From: an uncultured archaeon
GTDB lineage: Archaea; Micrarchaeota; Micrarchaeia; Micrarchaeales; CABMGC01
Assembly (NCBI GenBank): GCA_963704435.1
Contig: OY969902.1
Location: forward strand, 240,001-272,000
DNA: 32,000 nt
Reading direction: 5' to 3'
The notes under the pieces are model-generated. The model worked only from the letters and a program-made list of their open reading frames with translations, was not told where the DNA came from and did not search any database. The position numbers and the translations under genes are program-made. This document shows, in pieces, positions 7,209 through 16,036 of the stretch. The stretch's first letter is position 1; each line of letters begins with the position of its first letter.

Positions 7209-8798
7209 TCACTCTGGCTTGCGCTTCTTCTTCCCCTTGAACCCGGTCTTGGCGCCGCTCCTGAAGCCGCCTTCGCGGCTCGGATAAGGCTTGCGCGGGA
7301 AACCTCCCTCGCGGTTTGAGTATGACCTCCTCTGAGGGAAGCCACCGCCTTCGCGGTTCTGGTAGGGTCTCCTCTCCGAGAAGCTGCTTCCTTCGCGGTT
7401 CTGGTAGGGCCTCCTCTGCGGGAAACCGCCCTCGCGATCGGAGTATGGCCTTCGCGGGAAGCCGCTTCCTTCGCGGTTCTGGTAGGGTCTCCTCTCCTGG
7501 AAGCCGCCTCCCTCGCGGTTCTGGTATGGCCTGCGCTGGAAATTCCCTTCGCGATTCTGGTATGGTCTGCGCGGAAAACTTCCGCCTTCGCGGTTCTGGT
7601 AGGGCCTTCTCTCCTGGAAGCTGCCTCCTTCGCGATTCTGGTAGGGCCTCCGCGGGAAACTGCCGCTCTCCCTGTTTTGGTAGGGCCTTCTCTCCTGGAA
7701 GCTGCCTCCTTCGCGGTTCTGGTAGGGCCTCCTCTGCGGGAATCCCTCTTCGCGCCTGCTGCTGTCATAGCTCTTCCTGAAGCCGCCCGCCCTCTCGCCC
7801 TCCTGCGAATATTTCCTGTACTGCGGAGCGCCTTCCCTCGGATAGGCCTTCTCCCCTTGCGGCCGGTATGGCCGGCTGGCCTGACCTTGAGCGCGCATCA
7901 CCGTCCTGGGCTTCCACTCCTGCCTCTGCCTCTGGTACTGCTGCGGCTGCTCGGGACCGCGCTCCCTAGGAGGCGACGCGTTTATGCGCGCGATGCCCTT
8001 GTCGAGCGACTCCTTCAGCGTCTCGCCTATGAACCTCTTCGAGATCGAGTCCGCCCGCGCGGCTATGCTGATCTTCGTCGCGAAGATCCTCGCTATCTTG
8101 CCCTTGTTGCCGCGGTCCGCGCTCGCGACCTCCTTCAGCTTGAACAGTATCCCGTACTTGGGCGGCTTGCTCCCGGAGCGCAGGTGCCTGAAGAGCGCCT
8201 TCTCCGCGCCGAGCAGCTGTATCGTGCTCGCCGGCATGTCGGCAAGCTTGGAGAGCGAGCCCGCCTTGGCCAGCAGCTCCGCCGCGACCTTGTAATCGAC
8301 CAGGTAGGCTATGTTCGGCATCGACTTCGGCACGTTCTCCTTCAGGAACTCGTCGAGCTCCTTCTCGAGCGCGAAGAGGCCCAGCTCGGTCTCGGCCATG
8401 CTCTTCATGACGAGGTACTCGTCCTCCTTCGGCTCGTTGCCTATGCTGTTCTTTATCAGCTCGAGTATGTCATCGGCCCGGTCCTTGGCCACCTTCCTTA
8501 GCGAATCAGCGCTGGCGCCCCTCTTGTCGGACCCCGCCTCCATGACGAATTTCGCGTACGCCTCCGCGCTGCCGAGGTCGAGCTCGGGGAAGTATATACC
8601 GTACCACTCCTCGAGCCTCTCGTGGAGCAGGTTCCTGTTGCGCTCCACCTCGTTGTAGGAGTTGATGGCCTGGGCGAGCGCGTGCTCCCCCGTGGAATAG
8701 GCTTCGCTCACCGCCTCCTTCGCGAGCGACAGTATCCTCTTCCTCTTCTCCTCGGGCGTCTCAGCCAAAATAAGCACCAGGATTAATTGGAATCGCAC
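7209..8798 (-). CDS. Nop5/Nop56-58-like (NOSIC + Nop domain) protein with a very short N-terminus and a long repetitive R/Y/Q/N/G-rich C-terminal tail
   Basis: Motifs: LHERLEEWYGIYFPEL (NOSIC), MPNIAYLVDYKVAAELLAKAGSLSKLADMPASTIQLLGAEKALFRHL, PKYGILF and NKGKIARIFATKISIAARAD. The listed start is GTG at 8798. GTG at 8777 or TTG at 8768 are alternatives, given a TATA-like ATATTTATAGG on the minus strand at about 8801-8811. Confidence 0.8.
   Translation of the reverse strand: MRFQLILVLILAETPEEKRKRILSLAKEAVSEAYSTGEHALAQAINSYNEVERNRNLLHERLEEWYGIYFPELDLGSAEAYAKFVMEAGSDKRGASADSLRKVAKDRADDILELIKNSIGNEPKEDEYLVMKSMAETELGLFALEKELDEFLKENVPKSMPNIAYLVDYKVAAELLAKAGSLSKLADMPASTIQLLGAEKALFRHLRSGSKPPKYGILFKLKEVASADRGNKGKIARIFATKISIAARADSISKRFIGETLKESLDKGIARINASPPRERGPEQPQQYQRQRQEWKPRTVMRAQGQASRPYRPQGEKAYPREGAPQYRKYSQEGERAGGFRKSYDSSRREEGFPQRRPYQNREGGSFQERRPYQNRESGSFPRRPYQNREGGSFQERRPYQNREGGSFPRRPYQNREGNFQRRPYQNREGGGFQERRPYQNREGSGFPRRPYSDREGGFPQRRPYQNREGSSFSERRPYQNREGGGFPQRRSYSNREGGFPRKPYPSREGGFRSGAKTGFKGKKKRKPE
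7266..7742 (-). repeat. 12 tandem in-frame repeats of 36-42 bp encoding F(P/Q)(Q/E)RRPYQNREGG(S/G)
   Basis: Read directly from the translation: FPQRRPYQNREGGS, FQERRPYQNRESGS, FPRRPYQNREGGS and so on to FPRKPYPSREGG. The units total 159 aa (477 nt). They are followed by an 18-aa Lys-rich end (FRSGAKTGFKGKKKRKPE). Confidence 0.9.
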
Positions 8799-8907
8799 CT
8801 ATAAATATGTTACCGACCGAGGCAGAGCGCGCAAAAGGCGGAGCCAGCCAACCATTATAATTTTTGCTTACTGATAATACTATACTTATATCGTAGGGTC
8901 TGAGCAC

Positions 8908-10401
8908 ATGAACATGGACGATCTGCTTGCTTTCACCAAGAGCAAGGGCTTCTTCTGGCCTAGCGCGGAGATATACGGCGGATTCGCGGGGATGTACGAC
9001 TACGGCCACCTGGGCGCGCTCCTGAAGAGGCGGTTCGAGCAGCTCTGGCTATCCTATTTCGTGGAGACGAAAGCGGATTACTACCTGATAGACTGCTCCA
9101 CCATACTGCCCGAGAAGCCGCTGGTCGCCTCGGGGCACGCCGCGCGATTCAACGACATCCTCGTGGGGTGCTCGAAGTGCCACACCTACTACCGGGCGGA
9201 CGTCATGCTGTCCGACTTCAAGATAAAGGTGTCTGAGGGCGCGAGCCCCGCCGAGATCGACGGGCTGATAAGCAAAAACGGCGTCGCGTGCCCCAAATGC
9301 CAGGGGAAGTTCCTGCCCTCGAAAGAGTTCAACATGATGCTTGACGTGCATCTCGGGCCCGAGAAGTCGGACAAGGGCTACCTGAGGCCGGAGACCGCGC
9401 AATCGGCATACCTCAACTTCTTCAGGGAGTTCAACGTTCTGCGCAGGAGCCTGCCGATGGGCCTTGCGGTGATCGGGAAGGCCTACCGGAACGAGATATC
9501 GCCGCGCCAGGGCCTTTACAGGATGAGGGAGCTGACCCAGGCAGAACTCCAGATTTTCTTCGACCCAGAAGAATTCGAGGCGGATTTCGACAAGCTGAAG
9601 AATGTCGAGATGACGGTCGTACCCTACAAGACGAAGAAGCAGGTCACCATAACCGCGGAGGAATTGGTGAGGGATTACGAGATTCCAGAGTTCTACGCCT
9701 ACCACATGGCTGCGATAAGGCTCTTTTACCAAAAAGTAATAGGCCTCCCGGACGAGAAGCTCAGGTTCCTGGAGAAGGGAGGGGACGAGAAGGCGTTCTA
9801 CAACAAGCTTCACATGGACATAGAGGTCGATGTGGAGAGCTGGGGCGGATTCAAGGAGGTCGGAGGGCTGCACTATAGGGGAGATTACGACCTAAGCTCC
9901 CACACGAAGGGCTCGAACACGGACCTCTCCGTTACGATAAACGGGAAGAAGATAGTGCCGCAGGTCCTTGAACTCAGCTTCGGGGTGGACAGGAACGTCT
10001 GGATGCTCATAGACGTCTTCTACAAGAAGGAAGGGGAGAGGAAGGTCCTGGCCTTGAAGCCTTGGCTAGCTCCTTTCAACGCAGCAATATTCGCGCTGCA
10101 GAAGGACGAGAAGATAAATGAAAAGGTGAGGAGCGTATCGGACTCCCTTAAACAGAAATTCAGGGTCTTCGTCGACGACTCGGGCTCCATAGGCAGGAGA
10201 TATGCCAGGATGGACGAGATAGGCACCCCGTTCTGCATAACTGTGGACTTCGACACCGTGACCGAGAGTTCCAAAGATTACGATACAGTAACCGTGAGGG
10301 ACAGGGACACGAAAACGCAGGAGAGGATAAAGATAGACAAACTTGCGGAATTTATAGGAGACCGGATAAACCCTCAAAGCCTGGAGCCTTACCCGCAGTA
10401 G
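8908..10401 (+). CDS. glyS: Glycine--tRNA ligase (class II, archaeal/eukaryotic dimeric type)
   Basis: The N-terminus KSKGFFWPSAEIYGGFAGMYDYGHLGALLKRRFEQLW is diagnostic for GlyRS. Also present: a zinc-ribbon insertion CSKCHTYYRAD...CPKCQGKF, the class II motif YRNEISPRQGLYRMRELTQAE, and a C-terminal anticodon-binding region IGRRYARMDEIGTPFCITVD. Confidence 0.9.
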   Translation: MNMDDLLAFTKSKGFFWPSAEIYGGFAGMYDYGHLGALLKRRFEQLWLSYFVETKADYYLIDCSTILPEKPLVASGHAARFNDILVGCSKCHTYYRADVMLSDFKIKVSEGASPAEIDGLISKNGVACPKCQGKFLPSKEFNMMLDVHLGPEKSDKGYLRPETAQSAYLNFFREFNVLRRSLPMGLAVIGKAYRNEISPRQGLYRMRELTQAELQIFFDPEEFEADFDKLKNVEMTVVPYKTKKQVTITAEELVRDYEIPEFYAYHMAAIRLFYQKVIGLPDEKLRFLEKGGDEKAFYNKLHMDIEVDVESWGGFKEVGGLHYRGDYDLSSHTKGSNTDLSVTINGKKIVPQVLELSFGVDRNVWMLIDVFYKKEGERKVLALKPWLAPFNAAIFALQKDEKINEKVRSVSDSLKQKFRVFVDDSGSIGRRYARMDEIGTPFCITVDFDTVTESSKDYDTVTVRDRDTKTQERIKIDKLAEFIGDRINPQSLEPYPQ

Positions 10402-10424
10402 ATGGACAAAAGGTTTGGAAAACC

Positions 10425-11063
10425 ATGGAAATCATAGTTTTCGGGGACAGCATAGCCTACGGGGCTTGGGACAAGGAAGGCGGATGGGTGCAGCGGCTCA
10501 GGAAGATTCTTGACGTTAAAACCCTATCGAATCCCGATCAGTTTTATCTCGTATACAATCTTAGCATTGATGGCGCGGACACTGAATTATTGCTAAAGTG
10601 CATCGATTCTGAAATAAAACACAGGATTCAGGGAGGTAGCCCTCTGATATTGATGTTTGCAGTGGGTGTGAACGACTCTTGTTTCGTAACAACTCAGAAT
10701 GCAAATGCGGTAAGTCAAGAGAAATTTGTCGAAAACCTGCGCTCCGTGATCGATACGGCGGAGCGATACACACAAACAATAGTTTTTGTTGGGCTCACTC
10801 CTGTGGATGAGTCAAGAACTACTCCCGTTTTCTGGGATGCCCAGAAACATTACAAAAACAAGAATATCAAAGAATACAATGAGTTAATAAGATCAGTATG
10901 CGAAGGAGAAAACGTACATTTTATAGACCTTTTTCAACGATTCGCAAAAACAGATTACAATGCCCTGCTTGAAGAAGGCTGGCACCCGAATAGCGAGGGG
11001 CACAAGGAGATTTTCGAGATTGTGAAGGCATACCTGATCGAGAAGAAGATTCTCGACTTATGA
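10425..11063 (+). CDS. SGNH/GDSL-family hydrolase
   Basis: Block I is IIVFGDSIAYG and block III is FAVGVNDS. Block V is GWHPNSEGH, with E rather than the usual D three residues before the His. The gene is visibly more AT-rich than its neighbours. Confidence 0.75.
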   Translation: MEIIVFGDSIAYGAWDKEGGWVQRLRKILDVKTLSNPDQFYLVYNLSIDGADTELLLKCIDSEIKHRIQGGSPLILMFAVGVNDSCFVTTQNANAVSQEKFVENLRSVIDTAERYTQTIVFVGLTPVDESRTTPVFWDAQKHYKNKNIKEYNELIRSVCEGENVHFIDLFQRFAKTDYNALLEEGWHPNSEGHKEIFEIVKAYLIEKKILDL

Positions 11064-11087
11064 AGCATGAAGAAAGAATGTGATTGA

Positions 11088-11456
11088 ATGGCAGGAACAA
11101 TAACGATAGAGGAAAACTTTGTCATATTCCGGCCCCATGGACTCGACAAGGTGTGGGCGCTCAAGAACGAACTGAAGATCCCACTGTCCCATGTCAAGGA
11201 CGTTTCGACGGAAAAGCAGGACTGGGCACTGTTCAAGCAGCTGAAGATGGGCGGAACGGGTCTGCCCGGAGTCATAAAGGCAGGGCGATGGCTGGGCAAG
11301 GAAGGGTTCCTGTTCTACGACATGCACAACCTTGACAACTGCGTCACGGTAAGCACCCAGAACGAGTTCTACACAAAGATAATATTCGAGGTCGAGGACA
11401 AGGAAGCCGCCGCGAAAAGGATAAGCGAAGCCGCGATGATGGCGAAACGCAGGTGA
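11088..11456 (+). CDS. Hypothetical protein (122 aa), possibly a bacterial-PH-like fold
   Basis: ORF with host-like codon usage, ending 4 nt before the next gene. The PH-like idea is only an impression from length and beta-rich pattern. Confidence 0.45.
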   Translation: MAGTITIEENFVIFRPHGLDKVWALKNELKIPLSHVKDVSTEKQDWALFKQLKMGGTGLPGVIKAGRWLGKEGFLFYDMHNLDNCVTVSTQNEFYTKIIFEVEDKEAAAKRISEAAMMAKRR

Positions 11457-11460
11457 TCGT

Positions 11461-12390
11461 GTGCCTTCCAAAAAGGGAAAAGTGGTCCGCGCGCGGAAAG
11501 ACGCGAATCCGGTGTTCAACGTAAAGGACTTCAGCCTCAGGCTGACTTTCGAGAGCGGCCAGCCTCTGGCCTTCTACGGCGACTATTCCTCGAAGGGCAA
11601 AGATGAAACATTGTCCTACGTGACGCGGCGCGGGCTCATAGAGGTGCGCTGCAGCAACTCCGGCGGATATTCCCGGATAAGCTGCAGGCACTCCGGCGAC
11701 TATACCGACGACTCCGCACGCGAGGACGCCTTCTGGAGGCTCGGGATGGGCCAGGACATGGGCAGGATATACTCCGCCATAAGCACGGACGCGTTCGTGG
11801 AGAAGGCGATCAGGGCCCACTACGGGCTGCGCATAACCAAGAGCGAGCCCTGGGAGGCCGCGCTCTGCTTCACGGTCTCGCAGTTCAACAACATAAAGAG
11901 GATACGGGGCATAATGGGGCGCCTGATCGACAGGTTCGGCGAGGCCCGCGAGGGAGGCGGCAGGAAGTTCCGCCTCTTCCCGAACCCTGCGGCGATAGCC
12001 GGCGCTGACGCCCGCGAACTGATGCGCTGCGGCGCCGGATACAGGGCGGCGTACCTAAAGAGCGTGGCGAAATGTTTCGCGGAGGATTCCGGCCTAGAGC
12101 AGCTTTACGAGAAGGACTACGACAGCGCGAAGAGGGAGCTGCTGGGTATCCACGGCATCGGGGACAAGGTCGCGGACTGCATCCTCCTCTTCGGCTACGG
12201 CAAGCTCGGGGCCTTCCCGGTGGATACATGGATAAAGAGGACCGTCGAGCACACCTATTTCGATGGAAAGAAGAAGAGCGTGCCCGAGATACACGCGTTC
12301 GCCGACGGAAAGTGGGGACCGTACGCGGGCTACGCCCAGCAGTACCTGTTCTGGCACGGCAGGTCGACTGCTGTCGGAAAGTCGAAGTGA
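11461..12390 (+). CDS. ogg: 8-oxoguanine DNA glycosylase/AP lyase (Ogg1-type, HhH-GPD)
   Basis: OGG_N-like start FSLRLTFESGQPLAF. HhH-GPD motif LLGIHGIGDKVADCILLFGYGKLGAFPVDTWIKR, containing the catalytic-type Lys (GDKVADC) and Asp (VDTW). GTG start. Confidence 0.8.
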   Translation: MPSKKGKVVRARKDANPVFNVKDFSLRLTFESGQPLAFYGDYSSKGKDETLSYVTRRGLIEVRCSNSGGYSRISCRHSGDYTDDSAREDAFWRLGMGQDMGRIYSAISTDAFVEKAIRAHYGLRITKSEPWEAALCFTVSQFNNIKRIRGIMGRLIDRFGEAREGGGRKFRLFPNPAAIAGADARELMRCGAGYRAAYLKSVAKCFAEDSGLEQLYEKDYDSAKRELLGIHGIGDKVADCILLFGYGKLGAFPVDTWIKRTVEHTYFDGKKKSVPEIHAFADGKWGPYAGYAQQYLFWHGRSTAVGKSK

Positions 12391-12476
12391 GGTTCCTGAA
12401 TGCCATTTACGAATAACGCCGCAGCTACGCGTTTCGATAGTGTTTTATCCTTTCTATCAGATAGTATTGCGAGCCT

Positions 12477-13367
12477 ATGCCGGATTCAAGATGCAACAGG
12501 CATTTCAGGTCGCAGTCCGCGATGGAGTACCTGATGACCTACGGATGGTCGATCCTCATAATCACGGTGATCCTGGGCGCGCTCTACAGCGTCGGCGCGT
12601 TCGGATCGTCGAACATCGGCCCCCGCGCGCCTCCGGGGAACTGCAAGATATTCCGGTCGTCGGGCGAGGCCAACCTCGAGGGCACGTGCGGCGGTGTCCT
12701 GCCGCAGCAGGTCGCGCAGTTCAACGGCCAGAGCTATGTGTATGTGGGCAGCAATGCGTTGCAGATGAACAACCTTGCGACCGCTTTGACGGTGTCCATA
12801 TGGGCGGATCCGCAGAGCCTAGGCCCCAACAGCCAGTACCTGTTCTCCAATTCGAGAGATAGCGGTGGCACTTACAACGGTTACAATCTGTATGTGTCCA
12901 ACACCGGAGTGCCTATCTTCCTAGTATGGAACCTGGCCTCCAACAGCGTATCGGGGGGCACGCTAAGCATGAACGCGTGGTACCAGGTGGCAGGCGTCTA
13001 TGACGGATCGTACCTTTACATATACGTGAATGGTGCGCTTAAAAACAAAATCGCGTATTCTGGAGGGGTAGGCGTACCTTCGTCCTACGGCGCGCTGATA
13101 GGCGTGCTCGCATATAATTATCCTACGTATTACAAATTCGTAGGAGACCTTGCGAATCTGCAGATTTACAACACCTCCCTCGACGCCAATCAGATACAGA
13201 CGCTCTACATCAAGGGCATAGGCGCCGCTCCGGTGGATCCGTATCACATTATAGGATGGTGGCCGCTGAACGGCAACGCCACTGACTACAGCGGAAACAA
13301 CAACGGCGGAGCAGCGACCAACGTCATCTACACGGGCTCGTGGCTTTCGGGATATACCCCTCCTTAA
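12477..13367 (+). CDS. Class III signal peptide (archaeal type IV pilin-like) protein with a LamG/concanavalin-A-like lectin domain
   Basis: RSQSAMEYLMTYGWSILIITVILGALY matches the archaeal prepilin motif ((K/R)(G/A/S)-QSAMEYL.TYGW plus a hydrophobic helix). LamG_3-like blocks are LTVSIWADP, WYQVAGVYDGSYLYIYVNG and FVGDLANLQIYNTSLDANQIQTLY. Confidence 0.7.
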   Translation: MPDSRCNRHFRSQSAMEYLMTYGWSILIITVILGALYSVGAFGSSNIGPRAPPGNCKIFRSSGEANLEGTCGGVLPQQVAQFNGQSYVYVGSNALQMNNLATALTVSIWADPQSLGPNSQYLFSNSRDSGGTYNGYNLYVSNTGVPIFLVWNLASNSVSGGTLSMNAWYQVAGVYDGSYLYIYVNGALKNKIAYSGGVGVPSSYGALIGVLAYNYPTYYKFVGDLANLQIYNTSLDANQIQTLYIKGIGAAPVDPYHIIGWWPLNGNATDYSGNNNGGAATNVIYTGSWLSGYTPP

Positions 13368-13412
13368 GCGGACTAAAAACCCGAAGTCAGGAATCGGGAT
13401 AGAAGAGGAAAG

Positions 13413-14472
13413 GTAGGGACTTGACAAATTTTAAGTCTTTGCACCCAATATGATTTCGGGGGTTTTCTCTTCTCTTTTTATCGTCGGGAAAATAAGGTCG
13501 TGAGTCTCCTGGACGGCCGATACGTCAGTGTATCGACCGCCTTGCCAGGAGTTGAAGACAATGGAAATCTATGAACTAAAGAATAAAATAATAGAAGTTT
13601 GGGCTGCGGCTAAGGTGATCGTGCAGAAGTTCGGGCATACGAGGAAGTTTGCGAAGCATCTTGTCGCCTTTGCGATAAGGCAACATGAGAATCTTACCGA
13701 CGTAAGACTCGCGGAGTTCCTAGTCAGGGACCCGATAGGAAAGATCCTTGGTTACACGAGGAAGCCGCATCCGTCGACCTTCTCGAAGGTGCGGGAACGG
13801 TCGGATGCGGAGATGTTTGCGGAACTGCACAACTGGATAGTGCAGGACCGGATGAAATCAAGGCAACTGCGACTTATCGTGCAGGACAGTACCGACGTCT
13901 TCGCATATTCGCGCAAGGACGGCGATGCGAGGTGGGGGCACAGAACTCCGTCAAGGAAAGAACAACTGATGCAAAACCTCGGCAATGGGAAAGAACTGTT
14001 CTTCGGTTATAAACCACATGTAATCGTAGAAGCCGAGACGGAAACGCCACTTGCAATTGAGGTCATACCTGCGAACACAAACGACAAGAAGATGTTCTGG
14101 CCGCTGTACGACAGAGTAAAGAAGACCTTTCAACTGCAGTATCAGTCAAAATACATTGCGGATGCACAGTACCACGCATCAGCGATAAGGATGCAGTTGC
14201 GCGACGATGGCCTAACTCCAGTAATCCCGAGAAGCGGCAACAAGTATCTGAAAACAGAGAACCCGAAGGATCCGGAGTATGGGAAGAGGTGGGCCGTCGA
14301 ACACCTCTTTGCAAGGTTGAAGGAGCTGTTCGGGCTTGCAAAGAACAGGTTCGTTGGCATAAAGAAGGTCAGGATTCACGTGTTTTCCTGCCTCCTCGCA
14401 AACCTGATCGAATACGTGATGTGAAGGGGTTTGTATTTGACGAGGTGACTGAATGTAAATGTCAACTCCCTA
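13413..14472 (+). mobile_element. Complete IS element (about 1060 bp, IS4/IS5-superfamily DDE transposase) with terminal inverted repeats and a 6-bp target site duplication
   Basis: The left end TAGGGACTTGACA (13414-13426) matches the reverse complement of the right end TGTCAACTCCCTA (14460-14472) at 12 of 13 positions. GGAAAG is directly duplicated at 13407-13412 and 14473-14478. The GC content is lower than in the flanks. Confidence 0.75.
13528..14424 (+). CDS. DDE transposase (DDE_Tnp_1, IS4/IS5-like)
   Basis: Motifs: LIVQDSTDVFAY (D), KYIADAQYHA (D), and KRWAVEHLFARLKELFGLAKNRFVGIKKVRIHVFSCLLANLIEY (the E-containing C-terminal signature). The listed start is GTG at 13528. ATG at 13561 (MEIYELKN) is an alternative. 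Confidence 0.8.
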   Translation: MYRPPCQELKTMEIYELKNKIIEVWAAAKVIVQKFGHTRKFAKHLVAFAIRQHENLTDVRLAEFLVRDPIGKILGYTRKPHPSTFSKVRERSDAEMFAELHNWIVQDRMKSRQLRLIVQDSTDVFAYSRKDGDARWGHRTPSRKEQLMQNLGNGKELFFGYKPHVIVEAETETPLAIEVIPANTNDKKMFWPLYDRVKKTFQLQYQSKYIADAQYHASAIRMQLRDDGLTPVIPRSGNKYLKTENPKDPEYGKRWAVEHLFARLKELFGLAKNRFVGIKKVRIHVFSCLLANLIEYVM

Positions 14473-14522
14473 GGAAAGTCCCCTCCCTCAGGGATATAAA
14501 CCTATTCAGCGGATTCTAGTCC

Positions 14523-16028
14523 ATGGGACTCATCAAGGTCCAGAACGTGATGAGCAACGAGCTCGCGAAGAGGACCATCTTCAGCAGGCCGCCCGAGCCG
14601 CCACAGGAATACCTGCTCAACGATCCCACGAACTCGATATTCATAGGCATAACCAAGCTCTTCAGCGTGCCCTTCACGTGGACGTTCGCCGGCCTGACCA
14701 ATCCCCACATATCCGTGGTCGGAATAACCGGAGCCGGGAAGAGCTTCTTCGTGAAGACGTTCCTCATAAGGGCCAGCTACATCTGGAACACCAACGCGAT
14801 AATAATAGACTGGGCAGGGGAGTACAAGGCGTGGGTCAACCAGAGCGGCGGGGTCACCGTCTCACTGGGGAAGGGCGACTACATCAACATCATGGACCTA
14901 TCGGGCATGAAGCCCCTCGACAGGTCCAAGCAGATACTCACGTCGCTCGAGATACTCACGGACCTCTCGGAATATCCCGAGCAGAAGAGGCTCACAGAGG
15001 AGGCCATAGAGCAGGCGTACACGAACTTCGGGTTCAACCCCGCCGAGACGCCCCCTCCTAACAAGGAGGCGCCCACGTTCAAGGACGTGATAAACCTCCT
15101 GGAGGAGAAGCTGCAGGAGGGCACCTACGAGTATCCGGCGGAGCTCGAGAACGCGGTCTACAGGCTCAGGCAGTTCGCCCGCGAGGGGGAGGACTACTTC
15201 GCGAGGAAGAGCACCATAGACCTCGACAAGCTGATAACCTCGGGGCTGGTGGACATAGACCTGTCCAGCCTCCCGGACGAGAGGTTCAGGGCGCTTGCCG
15301 CGCTGTTCATGCTGCAGACGCTGAAGGAGAAGATGAGGATGGAGGGCTGGAGCGCTTCGAAGGGGCTTAAGGCATTCGTCGTCCTCGACGAGGCGTGGAA
15401 GGTCGCGAGCGACGAGAGGAGCGACGCGATCACCATAGTCAGGGAGGGCAGGAAGTACCAGTTCGGGCTGATTGTCGCGTCGCAGAACCCGACGGACATC
15501 AACGAGGCGATATTCTCCAACGTGGGCACATCCATAATGCTCAGGATAAGGTTCGAGAAGTTCCTCGACTACCTGCAGGGCTCGCTCAACTTCTCTAACT
15601 TCATGAGGAGCGAGATCAGCAAGTTCGGCGTAGGGCAGGCCGCGGTGGACATGTCGTTCCAGACATCGGTGCAGTTCCCCGAGGTGTTCCTGATAGACAG
15701 GGTGGTGGGCGAGATACCCCTCGACGTCTACACCGTGGGCGTCACGGGCGTGCTCAACCAGGCCGAGCTCGAGGACACGAGCCTGCAGAAGGAGTACTAC
15801 TTAGAGAGGATAGACCTGAACTCGAAGTTCATACAGTCGAACGTGAACTCTGTCGCGATAGACGAGATCTTCAGGGAGCTGGACGCGAGGAACAGGAGCA
15901 TCGACATAAGGGGCCTCGTGCAGGTGATGCTGAGCAAGAAGGTCAGCAAGGACACCGCGGTCGAGCTCCTCAGGAGCTTCGGGCTCTCCGACGCCATAAT
16001 AACCAGGGTCTTCATGTACATATCATAG
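14523..16028 (+). CDS. FtsK-HerA superfamily P-loop ATPase, VirB4/TraC (AAA_10)- or HerA (DUF87)-like
   Basis: Walker A is HISVVGITGAGKSFFVK. Walker B is KAFVVLDEAWKV; DEAW is characteristic of VirB4/TraC. It is followed by REGRKYQFGLIVASQNPTDI...SNVGTSIMLRI. No TM segment is seen. Confidence 0.8.
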   Translation: MGLIKVQNVMSNELAKRTIFSRPPEPPQEYLLNDPTNSIFIGITKLFSVPFTWTFAGLTNPHISVVGITGAGKSFFVKTFLIRASYIWNTNAIIIDWAGEYKAWVNQSGGVTVSLGKGDYINIMDLSGMKPLDRSKQILTSLEILTDLSEYPEQKRLTEEAIEQAYTNFGFNPAETPPPNKEAPTFKDVINLLEEKLQEGTYEYPAELENAVYRLRQFAREGEDYFARKSTIDLDKLITSGLVDIDLSSLPDERFRALAALFMLQTLKEKMRMEGWSASKGLKAFVVLDEAWKVASDERSDAITIVREGRKYQFGLIVASQNPTDINEAIFSNVGTSIMLRIRFEKFLDYLQGSLNFSNFMRSEISKFGVGQAAVDMSFQTSVQFPEVFLIDRVVGEIPLDVYTVGVTGVLNQAELEDTSLQKEYYLERIDLNSKFIQSNVNSVAIDEIFRELDARNRSIDIRGLVQVMLSKKVSKDTAVELLRSFGLSDAIITRVFMYIS

Positions 16029-16036
16029 GTGTCGCC

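Noticed and set aside
7196-7780. ORFs of 190 aa (minus) and 154 aa (plus) across the tandem repeat, and a superficial resemblance of the 36-42-bp periodicity to a CRISPR array.
   Set aside because: The repeats are contiguous, with no unique spacers. They are in frame with the Nop-domain protein and encode a coherent peptide repeat. The other frames give Arg/Ser/Gly repeats as a by-product.
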